Below, in pieces: positions 49,637 through 63,264 of a stretch of DNA of 64,000 bases. This DNA comes from Takakia lepidozioides (taxonomy: Eukaryota; Plantae; Bryophyta). The stretch is taken from assembly GCA_030704615.1 (NCBI GenBank), contig CM060731.1, positions 83,638,001 to 83,702,000 on the forward strand, read 5' to 3'. The notes beneath the pieces were generated by a model that was not told the DNA's origin, made no database searches, and saw nothing but the letters and a program-made list of their open reading frames with translations. Positions within the stretch are counted from its first letter, which is position 1; each line of letters begins with the position of its first letter. The translations under genes and the position numbers were made by a program.

Positions 49637-51105
49637 GTGGGGGCCCCTGCCCCCTCACCTACACCAGCCACCCCACCGCCATGTCACCAACATATGCCCC
49701 CCAAGTACCCATCGCTTCATTCCCACTATACCGATGGTTCCCACATAGGAGCCAACGCCGGGTATGGCATTTATCACGCTGCGTTGAACCGAGGCACATC
49801 CGCTAGACTCCCTGGACCTGCTATAATACTCCGCGCTGAGCTTATGGCCATCTACGTGGCCCTCTCCCAATTACCCTCATTCTCTCCTCCCCACTACATC
49901 TTCACGGACAGTCTCACATCGCTTTTCCTTATTCATAACCACCTCTCCTGCCCCCCCTCACACCATCACCATTCAGATCGCAACCTTATTGCAGCCATAG
50001 CTAGACTTGCACTAGAGCTAGGCCAACCCATCCACTTCCTGAAAGTCCGCTCATATACCGGTATTGCTGGCAATGAGGAGGTTGACCTCCTCGCTCAAAC
50101 TGGCGCTGCCGAGCCCCTTGTCGATCCCACCAATGATCCTATTCACACTGCGCACACCCATCCTTTCTGGCTAATACACCCAGTCCCAAACCCCCCAGAC
50201 CCTAAGCCTATACGTAACCTCCTTACTATCCTCACTAAGGAGGCCAATCAGCAAGCTAGGACATCTATGAGTCACACCAAAATCCACATTAAAAAATGGA
50301 CACTCTCCACTATACTCCATCATAAACTCTCCAACTATTTATGGCACTCCAAAGCTGCGACCAATGCTCAAATTAAACAAACGCTTCAATTTCGATACAC
50401 TTAATACATGGGCCACCAACGCAAACATGTCTTCTGGCCACGCCTATTTCCCTCACCAAACTGCCCTCTATGCTCTCACATCCACCAGGTTAGCGACACA
50501 TGGCTGCATCTTTTGAGCCAATGTACCCACCCGGTCTTCCACGGCCTACATATAACCCGTCATAACCAGGCAGTCTGGCACATCCACAAACTCCTTATGC
50601 AACGCTCCGAAACCCGCTGGTTCTCACTTGTCAATGCAGGCACCTACTAAGGTAAACCTCCATACCATACTTGTCCCACCATGGCTACTCCCATGCCTGT
50701 GTCCGCGGTCTCCTTTCACCTGTCTTACCAGACTATGCCCTGACATCCTGCTTGTTTCACGCCTACCCTCAATACCCAGCCACCTACCTCCCCATCCCCA
50801 CATATCACCATCTATTTTGTAGAATTCACATACTGCCATGATCGCTACCCCACCTCCTCCATTTTAGAAAAACGACAAAAATATGCACCACTTATCCTTG
50901 CTATCCATCGCAGGGGCTGGAATACCGGCCCTCTCTCTGTTATTACGGCCGGCACTCGAGGAGGTATCCACAATGCTAGCATAGCGGCACTACACGATAA
51001 TTTCCATATCCCAATATCCCCTATCCACAAATGCTTTAAGGAAATTCACCTCACAGCCCTCCACTCTCTCACAGCCATCATTACAAACAAGCGGAAACTA
51101 AGTGC
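49637..51105 (+). mobile_element. 3' part of a Dualen/RandI-like non-LTR retrotransposon (RNase H, CCHC finger, restriction-like endonuclease), degenerate
   Basis: YTDGS..RAELMAI..IFTDSL..FLKVRSYTGIAGNEEVD (RNase H); CPLC..DTWLHLLSQC..ITRHNQAV; LCPDILLV..VEFTYCHD..EKRQKY (RLE). Confidence 0.78.
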
Positions 51106-51106
51106 C

Positions 51107-52780
51107 ATGAACCACACAATGAGTTCTATTTCGCACTTGTTGCGGAATGGTGCTCCGCCAAGGATACCATTATGCAGGATGCAGCCCCTCCCGGCTGTGC
51201 ACATGGCTGAGCACCCAGGCATCAACAAGCTCAAGTTGTTTTTTGAGGCGGACAGGTACAATGATGCACTTGCATCACTACTACTTTCCATCAATGACGA
51301 CGGTGGACAGAGCCAAGAAATTCAACAAGGAGATCGGGATGCATGGTCTGAACATTGGCAGGCAGCGGATGCTGCATTTGAGGAAGACATAAAGAGCACG
51401 GAGTGGGAGTTTCTCTCCAACAAATGGCTGCACATCTACGACGGGAATCACAGGTGGTATGCTTGGATGGAGGTCATACGCGAGCAGCACGCAGACGACG
51501 CGAGCTGGCACTACCGGGTGAACGCCAAGATTATGGATGTGAAGAGTTCCGATATGGGCCTCATACGGCATGCAATGAATCGTATGAATGTGTGAGTTTT
51601 TATCCCCACTTCTGCTCACATGAGCATAGGTATAGGGTTTAGCAATTCGGGGATGTCGTTTGCATGGGGTTGCAGGGCTTGCATAAGTAGTCCCAGTGGG
51701 TGCTTCGTGGACCAATTCATTAATTAGACGTGTAGTGGGAGATGGAGTCGGAAGTATTGCCTGGTGGGAGGGAGTTCAGAGAAGATGCCCAGAATGCCTC
51801 CGTTGAGAACCGCCTCGCTACAAGTATGGTTTGCGCCGACTATACCATGGAGCCCACCCTAAACCCTAAATTCCATGCTGAGTTTTGTAGGTAGTACTTT
51901 CTTTCACGAGTTTCAATAAGGTCCATGGTCACATGAAGGTCTTGTTCCGTGCGTTTTGCAGCGTGACAAATCGTGGAAATGTGTCCAACGAGCTTCCGCA
52001 CAAGCTATTCTACTTCCAGAAGTGCGCAACTACACTTGTTGAGCAGTACCAATCAGCTCTTCCAGCGGACGTCTACGAGAAGTGCTTGAACAAGCGGGAT
52101 GGGAACTGGATGACAATGCCGCGGGATGCCCTCATAGAGTATATGGGTCAGGAGGGATTCCGTAGAATTAGAAACGCCTGCTTGGATGCCCATGCCCACC
52201 TGCCTGCCACCGCTGAGAACACCGACCTCATTCGGAAGAAACTGGCTAGCGATTTCTAGGTGCACAGGACGAAGTGGTAAAATCGCAAAATATTCTTCCA
52301 TCTGCGATCCTGCACTCGGAACTGGCTTTCTTTTTTAGATAACCACGCATTACACGTCTCTTGCCGTCAATCAGAAGCCGGAAAATGACTCTCGAGAAGT
52401 TGCAGATGCTTGCCACGAGCGAGGTCAGCCCGAAGGAGAAGATTTTATGGTTGAAGCTGTGGAATTCTGACTCCACAACCCGCAAAAATGGGAAATTCCC
52501 CCATGCTCCCACAGATGTGGTGTTTGGCTTGTTGCCCAATACAAGAGGAGAAGCGCCAAATGAAGCATGAAAAGTACCTGAAACCACCATGTCATGCGGT
52601 TCATCCACATGTCAAATGTGGGGTCGGACAGTTTGTCGGGTTTTGGGAAGCTCCACATGTCCCGTGTACTTTGGGACCCATTCCAGATTTGGAGCCACCG
52701 GGTCTATCCAACCAGCGTGCATATTAATCAGCGCAAGACACCATGAAAACGCATTGTTGCCACAAGAATATTTGGTTTAG
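51107..52780 (+). pseudogene. Intron-containing ParB/Srx-like domain gene fragment
   Basis: RIPLCRMQPL..V...INKLKLFF...LHIYDGNHRWYAW fits the ParB N-terminal DG[NH]HR motif. GTGAGT donor near 51592, then further degenerate coding blocks at 51933-52259 and 52361-52570. Confidence 0.65.
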
Positions 52781-54113
52781 AATGTCTACCCTTCTCTGTT
52801 GCATCCACACAGGCTGTGGCTAGACAATGCGGCTTCTCCAGTGTCATCGTGGGCTTAAGAGCGCGGGAGTAGTGCTTCCCCACCTCCACCAGAAAGTTGG
52901 CACCAAGGGCGGGATCAGCAATGGCCACATACTTGACCATTCGCGACTTGTACTTGATGCGAGCCTTGACGAACCCTGGTCGCACGCGGCCAGGGTGACG
53001 CATACTAGTCTAAGGGGGTCGGGGTAAGTTGCGGTGTAGGTTGGGCTGAGAAAATTGCATGCTTTGGAGAGAAGGGGGCCGTTGGGAAGACCGATCAGAT
53101 AAGCCCAGGGAGAGCTGAATGAGACCTTAGAGTAGAGAGTTCGAGGGAAGAGTAGCTAGAGACAGGCATGAACCAAAAGTACTATTTTCGTGTTTTACGG
53201 CTACAGTAACCCCACGTGTCAGAGCCAGGGGTAGAAGACGACGCTTTCCACGAGGGGAAAGCGCTGGTGGTTTATTTTAATATAAGGGGGGGGGGGGGTT
53301 GAAACTATGCTTGGGCCCACCCCTGGAATGTCTTAGGAAAGGCTACATGCCCGTTTTTCCACTAACGAATGTGCAGCGGAGTCTGACCCGACGACTTCCG
53401 TTCATCCACGGAATAGGCGGCAGTTCCCGCGACGGGGGAACAGATTCGGGGCGTTCCCCGGGGTTCCATTGAGTTCCCAGGGGGTTCCCACGCCCCATTG
53501 GGGGTGGTTTTTGCATCGCTGGAGACTCCTCCTGCGCCTCTATTTGGGAGGTATTTTTCTGGAACATTGTATTTTTTTTAATTAATTATTGCTGTTTTGG
53601 AAGAGGGAAATTCCTTAATTAGGATTGCCACCTTTGGTTGAACTTTTTAGAATAGGAACACTTGAGAAGTGAAGTTGGAAACTTATGAACTTTTCACCTT
53701 ATTTGTTTGACATTGCTTGGTGACTCCTATCCCTTGAAGTTAAGAGAAAACTTGGGAGGGAAAAAAAAGGAGGAGTCCTTTCCCGAGGGTGATTTGAACT
53801 CAAGCACTCGGGGAAGAAGGGGCAGTGGGAGAAGGAAGTGAGTTCCTCTCCCCCCTAGGTTTGAAAGGTGCTTTGTGAAGGGATGAGGTGATATCCCGGC
53901 TATAAGCGGCTCGGGGACCTAGGCAGTAGGACGTAGTAATAAACTAAGACTTGGAAGGCAGTTACTTGATAGAAAGTAGAAGTTCCGTAGGACTTAGAAA
54001 CGCAAACTTGCCCTGTGAAGTAGAGTCGCTCAACCCTGCTTTGCCGGTAGAAATTATAAATCATCGATCACCCCCAGTAACATTCCACGGATCCCCTGTA
54101 CTAACCACAGCCA

Positions 54114-55690
54114 GGTAGCAGATCACTTGTCACACCTTTCAACAGGAGAACCCGCCACAAGAGTAGATGATCAACTGCCTGATGCAAGTTTATTTGCAGA
54201 GAAAGTGCAGGGAGCAGATGATTGGTTAGATTGGCAGTGGCCAATCAGATACTACCTTACCCATGGACAGTGCCCACCCAATTATGGGAAGGAGCAGAGG
54301 AAAAGAATAGCTATCAAGGCATTACCATACACTATGATAGGTGGAAGATTGTATAAGCTAGGACTTGATGGAGTTCTTAAACGATGCTTGTACCACCATG
54401 AGGTAAATAAAGTTTTGGAAGAAGTTCATAAAGGAGTGGCTGGAGGCCATTTTGGAGAAGAGACTACCAGTAGGAAAATATTACTTGCAGGTTACTGGTG
54501 GCCTACTTTGTTTAGAGATGTACACAAGTATTGCAAGAGTTGTGATGAGTGTCAGAGACTAGGACCTTTGCAAAGATCTGGGAAGATGGCTTTGCATCCT
54601 AATTCCAGAAATGGGGATTAGACTTTGTTGGACCAATTAATCCACCAGCCAGGAATACACAGAACAAGTATATAATCACAACCACTGATTATACCACAAA
54701 ACGGGTGGAAGCTAAGGCTCTGAGGGACAACACAGCTAAGTCCACAGCAAGGTTCCTATATGAGAATATTCTCACAAGATTTGGCTGTCCCCTGGAATTT
54801 ATCAGTGACCAGGGAAGTCATTTCATTAATGAGACCATTGAACTATTGACTAAGGAGTTCATGATTGTGCACAGGAAGAGTACAACCTATTACCCACAGG
54901 GCAATGGGCAGGCAGAGGCCACCAACAAAATACTATGCACTATCTTGGCTAAGATAGTCAATGCGAACAGGACAGACTGGGATACAAAGCTGTTGACAGC
55001 TTTGTGGTCATACATGACTTCATATAAAGTCACCACCAAGTATACACCATTCCAATTAGTTTATGGTATGGAAGCTTTACTTCCAGTGGAATTCTTATGA
55101 CCTACCATGAGAACTGAATGGGGAAGGAGAATGGAATTGGAGGATTCAATTAAAGTAAGGAAACATGAACTATATCATGTGGAAGAAGTACGTGCTGATG
55201 CAGCAGATAACATGACCAAAATTCAGATGAAGAGGAAGGATCAGTTTGATGAAGGTAAATTGAAGACTTTTAAGATAGGTGATTTGGTACTGTGGTTGCA
55301 GAAGAAGGGAAAGATTAAAGCTTCTAAGCTTAAATCACCATGGAAAGGACCTTATGTCATACAAAAGATGTATGATAACAACACAGCTATGTTACAAACC
55401 ATTAACAAAGAGATGTTTGGTAGAGTCAACGCCAATAAGTTGAAGGGATACAGTGGTATCCATGATAGACCAATGCGGCATGATTTGCATCTTGAAACAC
55501 AGATGCAGTCACAGACTACACCGGTGGCACCAGCGGAGCATGAAGCACTTGTCATAAAGCCGAATGTGTATGGTCATAGCAAAGAACACAGGTGTTCACA
55601 CAGCCATCACAGTCCACCACAGTCTAACACAACATATCACAGCCCACCACAGCCTATTACAGCATATCATAGCTTACCACAGCCTGGAAG
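54114..55690 (+). mobile_element. Athila-like copy C integrase segment, inverted relative to the rest of copy C
   Basis: Begins VADHLSHLSTGEP, continuing from ...KPGR near 56137 on the minus strand. Ends in the CACAGCC minisatellite. Confidence 0.9.
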
Positions 55691-56134
55691 GGTTTGTTTT
55701 TTGTTTTGGGCCTTGGTTTTTTTGAGTGTAGGAGCTGCCCACGGGCCGCCAGCAGTACAGGGAAGCCCCGACTGGTGCGCCCAAGAGCCAGGGACCCAAC
55801 AGAGGAAATGCGGGAGGCAGCCGTGACCCCACGCCTCGGCGTTGAGGAGGCGGGGCGCTGACCCTGGTCGTACGAACACAAATGGATAGCCTGCGTGGCC
55901 AGCACGCGGGCGAAAACAGCCGCGTGCCAAAAAAAACGCGTTATTACCCGCTGGGTAAAGCCCCGGCCCGCGGACCAGCGGTCGCTGCTATTATCCGCAG
56001 CGGTCCACGCAATTATTTGGCTCGCAAGGCTCTGCGCCCCGCCACGGGCGGGGGCACCTTTGACCCGCGGTTACAGCGGAGGGGATTTGTTTAAGGGGGT
56101 ATTCTGGACCCTCAACTATTTCTTTCTTTATTGA

Positions 56135-59100
56135 TCCCGTCCAGGCTTGTAAACAACTTCGAATTCAAACTCGTGCAAGATAATCAACCATCTTGCTATC
56201 TTGCCACTTATCAAAGGCTTGTTCACCAGATAAATCAAAGCCTGATGATCCACATAAAACATAAACTTCCTTCCAAGTAGATAATGCCTGAATTTCTTGA
56301 CTGCATAGATCATTGCTAAAGCTTCTCTTTCTGTAGTGCTATAGTTCCTCTCAGCACTGTTCAACAATCTGCTCGCATAGTACACAGGTGAATCTATGTT
56401 TCCTCTGACGTTTTGGGCTAACACAGCCCCCAATGCTTCTCCTGAGGCATCACAATGTACATGAAATACCATATGCCAATGAGGGTTAATCAGTACAGGT
56501 GTAGTTGTTACTGACAATGTAAGTTCCTCAAAAGCTTGTTGACATTCAGCTGTCTATGCAAACACTGCATCCTTCTTCAAAAGCTTGCTCAATGGTGCTG
56601 CCATCTGTGCATACCGTCTGACAAACCTTCTGTAATAGCTGGTTTGTCCAAGGAATCTCCTTAGAGCCTTAACATTTACTGGTGGTGGGGATGCTTTAGT
56701 GGCCTCAGTCTTTCTAGGATCCACAAGCAGTCCCTTCTTACACACAATGTGTCCCAGAAGTACCCCTAAGTTCACACAGAAAGTACACTTTTCTGGATTC
56801 AGACCAAGACCTCTCATCCTGCATCTGGCCAAATATAATTCCAACTTCTGCAAGTGCTCATTCTTAGAGCTGTACACACTAAAGTAATCTAAGAACACTT
56901 GCATGAAATCATCCAAATACTCATGGAAAGATTCACTTATCACTCTCTGGAAAGTTGCTGGTGCATTACAAAGTCCAAAAGGCATGACTTTGTATGCATA
57001 AGCACCCCAGTCAGTAATGAAAGCAGTCTTCCTTTGGTCTTCTTCAGCTACTTATACTTGGTTATACCCACTGAAGCCATCCATGAATGAGTACATCTCA
57101 TGGCCTGCCACAGTGTCCAGTACAGCTTCTGTGAATGACAAAGGAAAGGGACATTTCTTTGTACAATCATTCAACTTCTTATAGTTCACACAAACTCTCA
57201 ATTTTCCATTCTTCTTGGGAACTATCACAATGGGTGATAGCCAAGTTGTATACTCTATCGGGTATATGAACTTAGCCTCAGCCAACTTCTTAATCTCATC
57301 CCCAACCTTCTGTGCATAGTTGGGATTCATCCTGTACCTTGCCTGTTTGATTGGTACTGACCCTGGTTCTAGCTCAATCTTATGCTGGCAGATCTCAGGT
57401 GGTATCCCTTTCAGATCTTCATAGCTCCAAGCAAATACATCGTTGTATTTAATAAACAAGCTCTTAGCTTTCTCAAAGAATTATGGCTCTAAGTCAGCCC
57501 CTACTTTCACCATTCTTGGTTCCTCCTCAGTTCCCACATTCACTTCTCTCACCTGCTCTTCAGCTGTGATTGTCCATCCATCCACTACTTCATCCTCTAA
57601 ACTCACAGTGGCTGGTTCCTCTAGGATATCTATTTCTCCCTCTCTTTCTTCATAGAAATGTGGTGGGTACCTGCTTGTTTCCCCCTCAATTGGTGTTGAT
57701 GTTACTGCACCACAACATATACCTTTAAAGCAACTCAGGCCTCCCAGTTGCATTTCTGCAACCTGCTCCCACTCTGGGTGTGCAGCAAACAGAGTAGCTT
57801 CCTGCTCCTCATCAAGCCCTCCCCTCCAGTCATACTCTCTAACTCCACGAGGTCTCCGTGTAGCAGGTAGCCTACTAGATTTCTTAGTGGTGACCTGTAT
57901 CTTGTGCTTCCCATCATGCACAGTCAGTAACAGGGAATTTCAATCATGGAATACCCTGGCCTGTTTCAGCCATGGTTGTCCCAGCAATAAGGAGTAAGCT
58001 TCCATAACATCATCCATTTTCAACACAGTCACTGTGATCTTAAAGATCATCATCTGAATCTGTATCTTAACTCCTCTTATCAAGCCTAATGGTTGTACAC
58101 TCCGTTGATCTGCCATTGTTACTGTGAATGGGGCTGGTTTCATGTTACTCAGACAAAGCTTCTGCCTTAATTGGTCTGTCATAATATTCACTCCTGAGCC
58201 TCCATCTATCAGTACATCAGTCAAGTCTGTGCTTCCAATTCTCAATTGGATTACTGGCATAGAATCATTAAAGTCCATGACTGTTTCTCGCCCTTCAGGC
58301 TTCACATTATAACTTGTCACCTTGCTGCTCAGGTCTGTGTTCTCTGTCACATGAGCAATCTGACCGATTGCTTGATACAGCCTGTGCCTACAATGAGGTG
58401 CCATAGCCAATAGCTGTCCAATGGTAATCTCAGCTTTGGACTGGCATATTACTTCAGCCAAAGTCCCTTCATTACCCTGCACTTGTGAGCCTCCTGCTTC
58501 ACTTTCTCTTCATCTTCTTCATCTTCTCTTTCAGAATCAGAAAAATCTGCCATAGGGATATCAGTATCCTTCTGCATTTCCCTTATGGTATCAGCCACTT
58601 CCTTGTGCAGTTCCTTCTCATCTCTCCAAGCCTCATCATCTTCAGGCACATCACTGCCATCTTCATTAACATCTTTTTCCTCATCCACTGGAGGTATTAG
58701 TTTAGCTTTGTTTCTGGTAACTATCATGGTACTTACTTCTGGTACAAAACATGGCATAACCATGTGAGATGCCACTACTCGGCCTTCATTCACAGGAGCT
58801 CTCATCTCATTTTGGTGTCTGATCCAGAATGGACAGGCTGCTTTGCAATGTCCTGCCTGGTCACAATAGTAACACAATTCTTCACCATTGGGTCCTCGCC
58901 CTTGGTCTGTTCTGGGATTATTTTTATAATCCTGATTCCCTGACTGGTAATTCCCCCTTCGATTACCCTAATAGTTGCCTCTAGGATTGCATTGGTAATT
59001 CCCTCTTGGATTACCTCTTCCTGCCATACCATTGTTATATCCACCAGGCCTACCATAGTGGTCCTGGTCATTGTTTCTTCTTGGCTGGGGTTGCACTTGA

Positions 59101-61755
59101 TGCACCCTCACTTGCCTAGGTTCTCTTGTAGCTGTCCTTCTATTGTAATAACAATTCTTAGTAGAATGGTTATCCATTTTACAGATAGTACAGTGTTTGT
59201 CCTTCATGTGGCATTCAGCTGTGGTATGGCCTTCATTTTGGCACTTTGCACACCAAACACCCTTCCTCCAATGTGTTGCAGCCTTTGTGGCGTACTTTTT
59301 TCAAGATTTCTTCCAATCTTTTTTCATAGTTGTCCCTCTTCAACTTTTCCTTCTTCTTGCTCTTCCTCCTGAGCTCTTGCTCTTCTTCCTCATCTGACTC
59401 ATCTTCGGAGTCCTCATCATCCCTTTTATCTCTCTCGAGCATTCCCAATTGCTCAATTTTGTTGGATGTTTCGAATGCCTCCTCCACTGTATTATGAGGT
59501 AGCATATCCACTTTCTTTTGTAATTCAGGTCTTAGTCCAATCACAAACCAAGTCTTCTGTAATCCTGGTGCTGGTACCGCAGCCAGCTTTTTCATCATTA
59601 ACTCCATTTTCTCCATATATTCTTCAACAGTTTCATGCTTCTTTTGCTTTAACTGTTGTAAACTCCCATACACTTCATCCTCAGTTTTGCTTGTCCTAAA
59701 CCTGTTTCGGAATGTTGTACTAAAGCCATTCCAGGTTAGGAAATGATTATTAGGAAACCTTGCATACCATTCACTTGCTTTCTTGATAAATGAACAAGGA
59801 AACAGTCTCATTTTGGCATCATCGCCATTCTCATTGTTCACAATACACATGTGCTCAAATTGGTTGATGTGTACATCAGGATACTGCATATATTGGAAAA
59901 GGTGGCTTTGCCCGTGTTGGAGGTACCGCCATCTGTGGCCCTACACCCTGCCCTTTGACAGGTGCTGGTCCTCTTGTAGGTGTTGGTCCTTGAGGACCTA
60001 CTGTTGTAACGGTGGAACTTCCATCAGGTGTTGGCCCATGAGCACTCCCTGCTACTGGCCCCCCTTTACTTACAGTACCCCCACCTCCAATTGCACTACT
60101 TCCCACACTCCCTATCCCCCCAGAGCCAGATCCAAGCTGTCGGCCTGATCCCCCTGAGCCGACACCTTTGTTGGCCTGTGATCCAAGTGCTCCACTTGAT
60201 CCAGGTCCTTGGGATGTCCTGGTTGTAGTCTCAACCTCAACTGTTGGGTCTACTTTTTCATACTCTTCATCTTCCAAATTCTTCTCTCGTTTTCATCTTC
60301 CAAGCTATTCTCTTGGATTTCTTCTTCATCACTCATATAACTCAACTGAAGTGGTGTTGGAGTGTCTGAACTCTCCGTTGGCTCTGCCACATCATCCTCT
60401 CATTCTTTGTCTTGTGTTTCAGAAACTGGAGTACTTCCTGCTCTTGTGTTCCATGCGAACTCTGATCAAAGATTTCTACCAAATCTTTAACCCAGGGATG
60501 TACCTCAGATCTTTCCCCTCGTGGCTGATCTTCTTCCTGTACCAAATCCCTTAATCTTTCTTGTAAAGAATAAGAAAGAGTGGCATCCAACTCTAGTTCT
60601 TCCGGTATGGGTGATGTACTCTCTGGCCTTAATGGTGTGAGAGGTCCAGATGATTCCCCTGTGTCTATTCCTCTCTCCCAGAGATATGGATAATTAGCTT
60701 CAAATGACTTTCCTTTTTCGCTGAATATTTGTGGAGTCTAGCTTCTCTTTCATCACTCATGTCCCATCTCTTTCATATCTTTAATGAGGCAATAACCAAA
60801 ACTCTCTTCTGTAGTATCTCTCGTATATGCCTGGATTTCTTTCAAGCTTTAATGCACCCTCGGCTATACTAGAAGGCTCCGTTACCATATAACCATATGG
60901 CAAGCACGTCTGAAAAGCTGTTCTTGGTGTAAGTTTGATCCACAAGATATCCTTAGGAATCCAATTCCTTACCAGTTCAAGTTTTTCATGCATAAGAGTG
61001 TAAACATTCACCTTCCGTTCCTCCCAGCTTTCAAACTCCACTCGTTTAATGGATAGCAATGCTATCACATAAACCAGTGTTGGTAACCAACTTGCTCTCC
61101 CTCTGCAGGCCACTTGATAAATCTTTATCACTCTTTTCTCCAGACCCCACTCAGGATCAGCATCATGCACTCTCTTAAGAATGTTTTCTTTGCAACGGTC
61201 TGGCAATTCCAAGAACCTCTGAAAGAATTGTTTGGACAATCTTTCTTTCTCAGTTTCACAGGGAATTTGACTCACATCAAATTCCTTGATTCTCCATCCA
61301 CCATGATCCCACCAGATGCCTGTCACATCTGGTTGTTCTTGACTCAGTTCCCCAGTATGGTCGCCAAATGTCGAGCGGCTTTTACTCACCCATCCCTTAG
61401 CTATCCGAGGTAGAAACTCCAAGATAGAAGAGTTGGAAATCTCTAATTACTCAGCCCGCTTAGAACAATCAGTCATGACTTACAACTAATGTATCATGGG
61501 GGTGCTTCCTATTTGTATTCCTTCTCGCATTCATGTTAGCAGTTTACCTTACTGTCTATGATGAAGTATCAGATTGCTTTTGCAATCTACCATGTTCCAA
61601 CTACTCAAGCATTCATTCCACAGCTTCACTCATATCTCTCTACACGGACTGAATATGAAATATGAATCATATTAATATCTATCATGTATCAGGCTGAAGC
61701 CATGGTATCTCTAATCTGCTCTAAAGTGCATCTCTACAGCTATGCAAAATTAAGG
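56135..61755 (-). mobile_element. Athila-like copy C: partial 5' LTR (61369-~61755), PBS, upstream ORF, gag, PR, RT, RH; many stops
   Basis: ORF fragments are diverged homologues of copy B. PBS at 61349-61366. Confidence 0.93.
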
Positions 61756-61762
61756 CTAACCC

Positions 61763-63264
61763 AGGGGACTGCAAATCCATGAGCATGAGCGGTGAGCGCA
61801 TGAGCATGAGCAGAGTTTCCCGACCCTCGCCCAAACCTACACCGAACCTACTCGAAGGTGGAGGTCGGGAACCAAAACTGCCGACTTAATGCATAGTGGT
61901 AACACTCCACAGAAATAGAAGGTGGAACGCCTATCACCGTGGGCTGCATGTGAGTTGTTGTAGTCGCCACCGACTATATCATCCCCAATGAAAGCAGGAC
62001 CCAAGCTGGACCTGTTGTGTCTATAACTACATAGTTGAAAGCTACTTGTTCTTGAAATGGACACTTTTGAAGCGTGACTGTCTGTGAGGGAATGAGTGTG
62101 CACATGGGCATAAGTTTAATATTTGGGCATTGCGGCTGGCATGTCATGGCAAGGGTCTTCACATCAATCAGCAAAGTAGTAACCTGTTTCATTTGGATAT
62201 TTGTGACCGGCAATTTATGACTTCAGCAGACTAGGCTCAGCACTCAAACAATTCCAAACCAGGGGAATTTGAAGGGTTGGAGGATGGCGAGGATGTGAAG
62301 ATCATGCAATTAAGAAGTTTGAACATCCACATTGGAGTAAAATTTTGCGCAACATTCAATTACACCCATATCACTGTACGATATTTTCCAAACAATTCAG
62401 CGCATCAGAGAAACCCCTTTGTGTTTACATTCAAAGAAAAGCAAATGCAACTACGTAACATTTCCTCACCATACTCCGACGTTATGTCCTGCAACACCCC
62501 AGAAACTACTGTTGCGGGGGAGGGACCCGGTAGCAAGTCGAGGCCAAGTCTTAAACTGATCTTTGGGCTAGGAGTCCTCTCCTCACCAACGACCTCGTCA
62601 ACACACTCTTCGTCGGAGCCTTCCTCGGTCGTTGGATCCTCGCTTTCCGATCCCTCTTCTGCAAAATTATCAAAATAGTTCCGTACCGTTGAAAATTGAG
62701 CAGCAGCCCTCACCTGTGCTGGCCATTGTGCCTACTGAGACATTCCCGTCCACGGTTGCTCAGCCTGAGCCTACGCTTTTGCTGCCATATATGGAGGTAG
62801 GTCGTACCCTTTCTCCGGAGTAGTTAGAGCTGCAACCTGTTCAAGCACTTTCAACCTCTTCTCCCTACCAACGTCCTCCCTCCCGGTATCCGTGGAAGAC
62901 CCTGAAATCCCCATGATGGCCTCAGCGGGACGCTTTGCAATCTGCAAGGGCGGCTCGTAACTGCAATTATGACATAACATATTAGATCAATTTTTGCATG
63001 AATGATGATTTGAGGAAATGGGAACTCTCTTGCAATAGCTCGTCGTCCCCTTCCAAGGCGAGCAGATGCCTTCCGCAAATTGTTGCAGCCACCATGGAGG
63101 ACCCGCATCCCACTATCAGATCGACTACTGTTCCCTCTTCTGGTGAACACATCTCCATGAAGGTTTGCATGAACCTGGGGCTTTTCTCACGTGCCTCGCG
63201 GAAGAAGGTGCCATCTTGTCGTTTGTGGGGAGTCTATCATCCCTGACCATGTTCCTCACCACAT
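61763..63264 (-). mobile_element. End of a second methyltransferase-carrying element (TGAGC terminus at 61763-61814)
   Basis: Terminus resembles the reverse complement of 47357-47377. It truncates the copy C LTR and contains the methyltransferase C-terminus. Confidence 0.55.
62982..63264 (-). pseudogene. N4/N6 DNA methyltransferase-like gene, copy 2 (C-terminal SAM-binding part), interrupted by an LTR at 63265
   Basis: VVRNMVRDD..RQDGTFFREAREKSPRFMQTFMEMCSPEEGTVVDLIVGCGSSMVAATICGRHLLALEGD aligns with copy 1 and with the K...l...i...s..g..VlD.f.GsG....aa...gR.....E consensus. Confidence 0.75.

Noticed and set aside
52728-53003. Minus-strand ORF of 91 aa
   Set aside because: No recognisable motif; cannot be assigned.
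55820-56050. Possible second ParB-like GQH motif in GC-rich sequence
   Set aside because: Needs a frameshift and lies in low-quality-looking sequence; not supportable.
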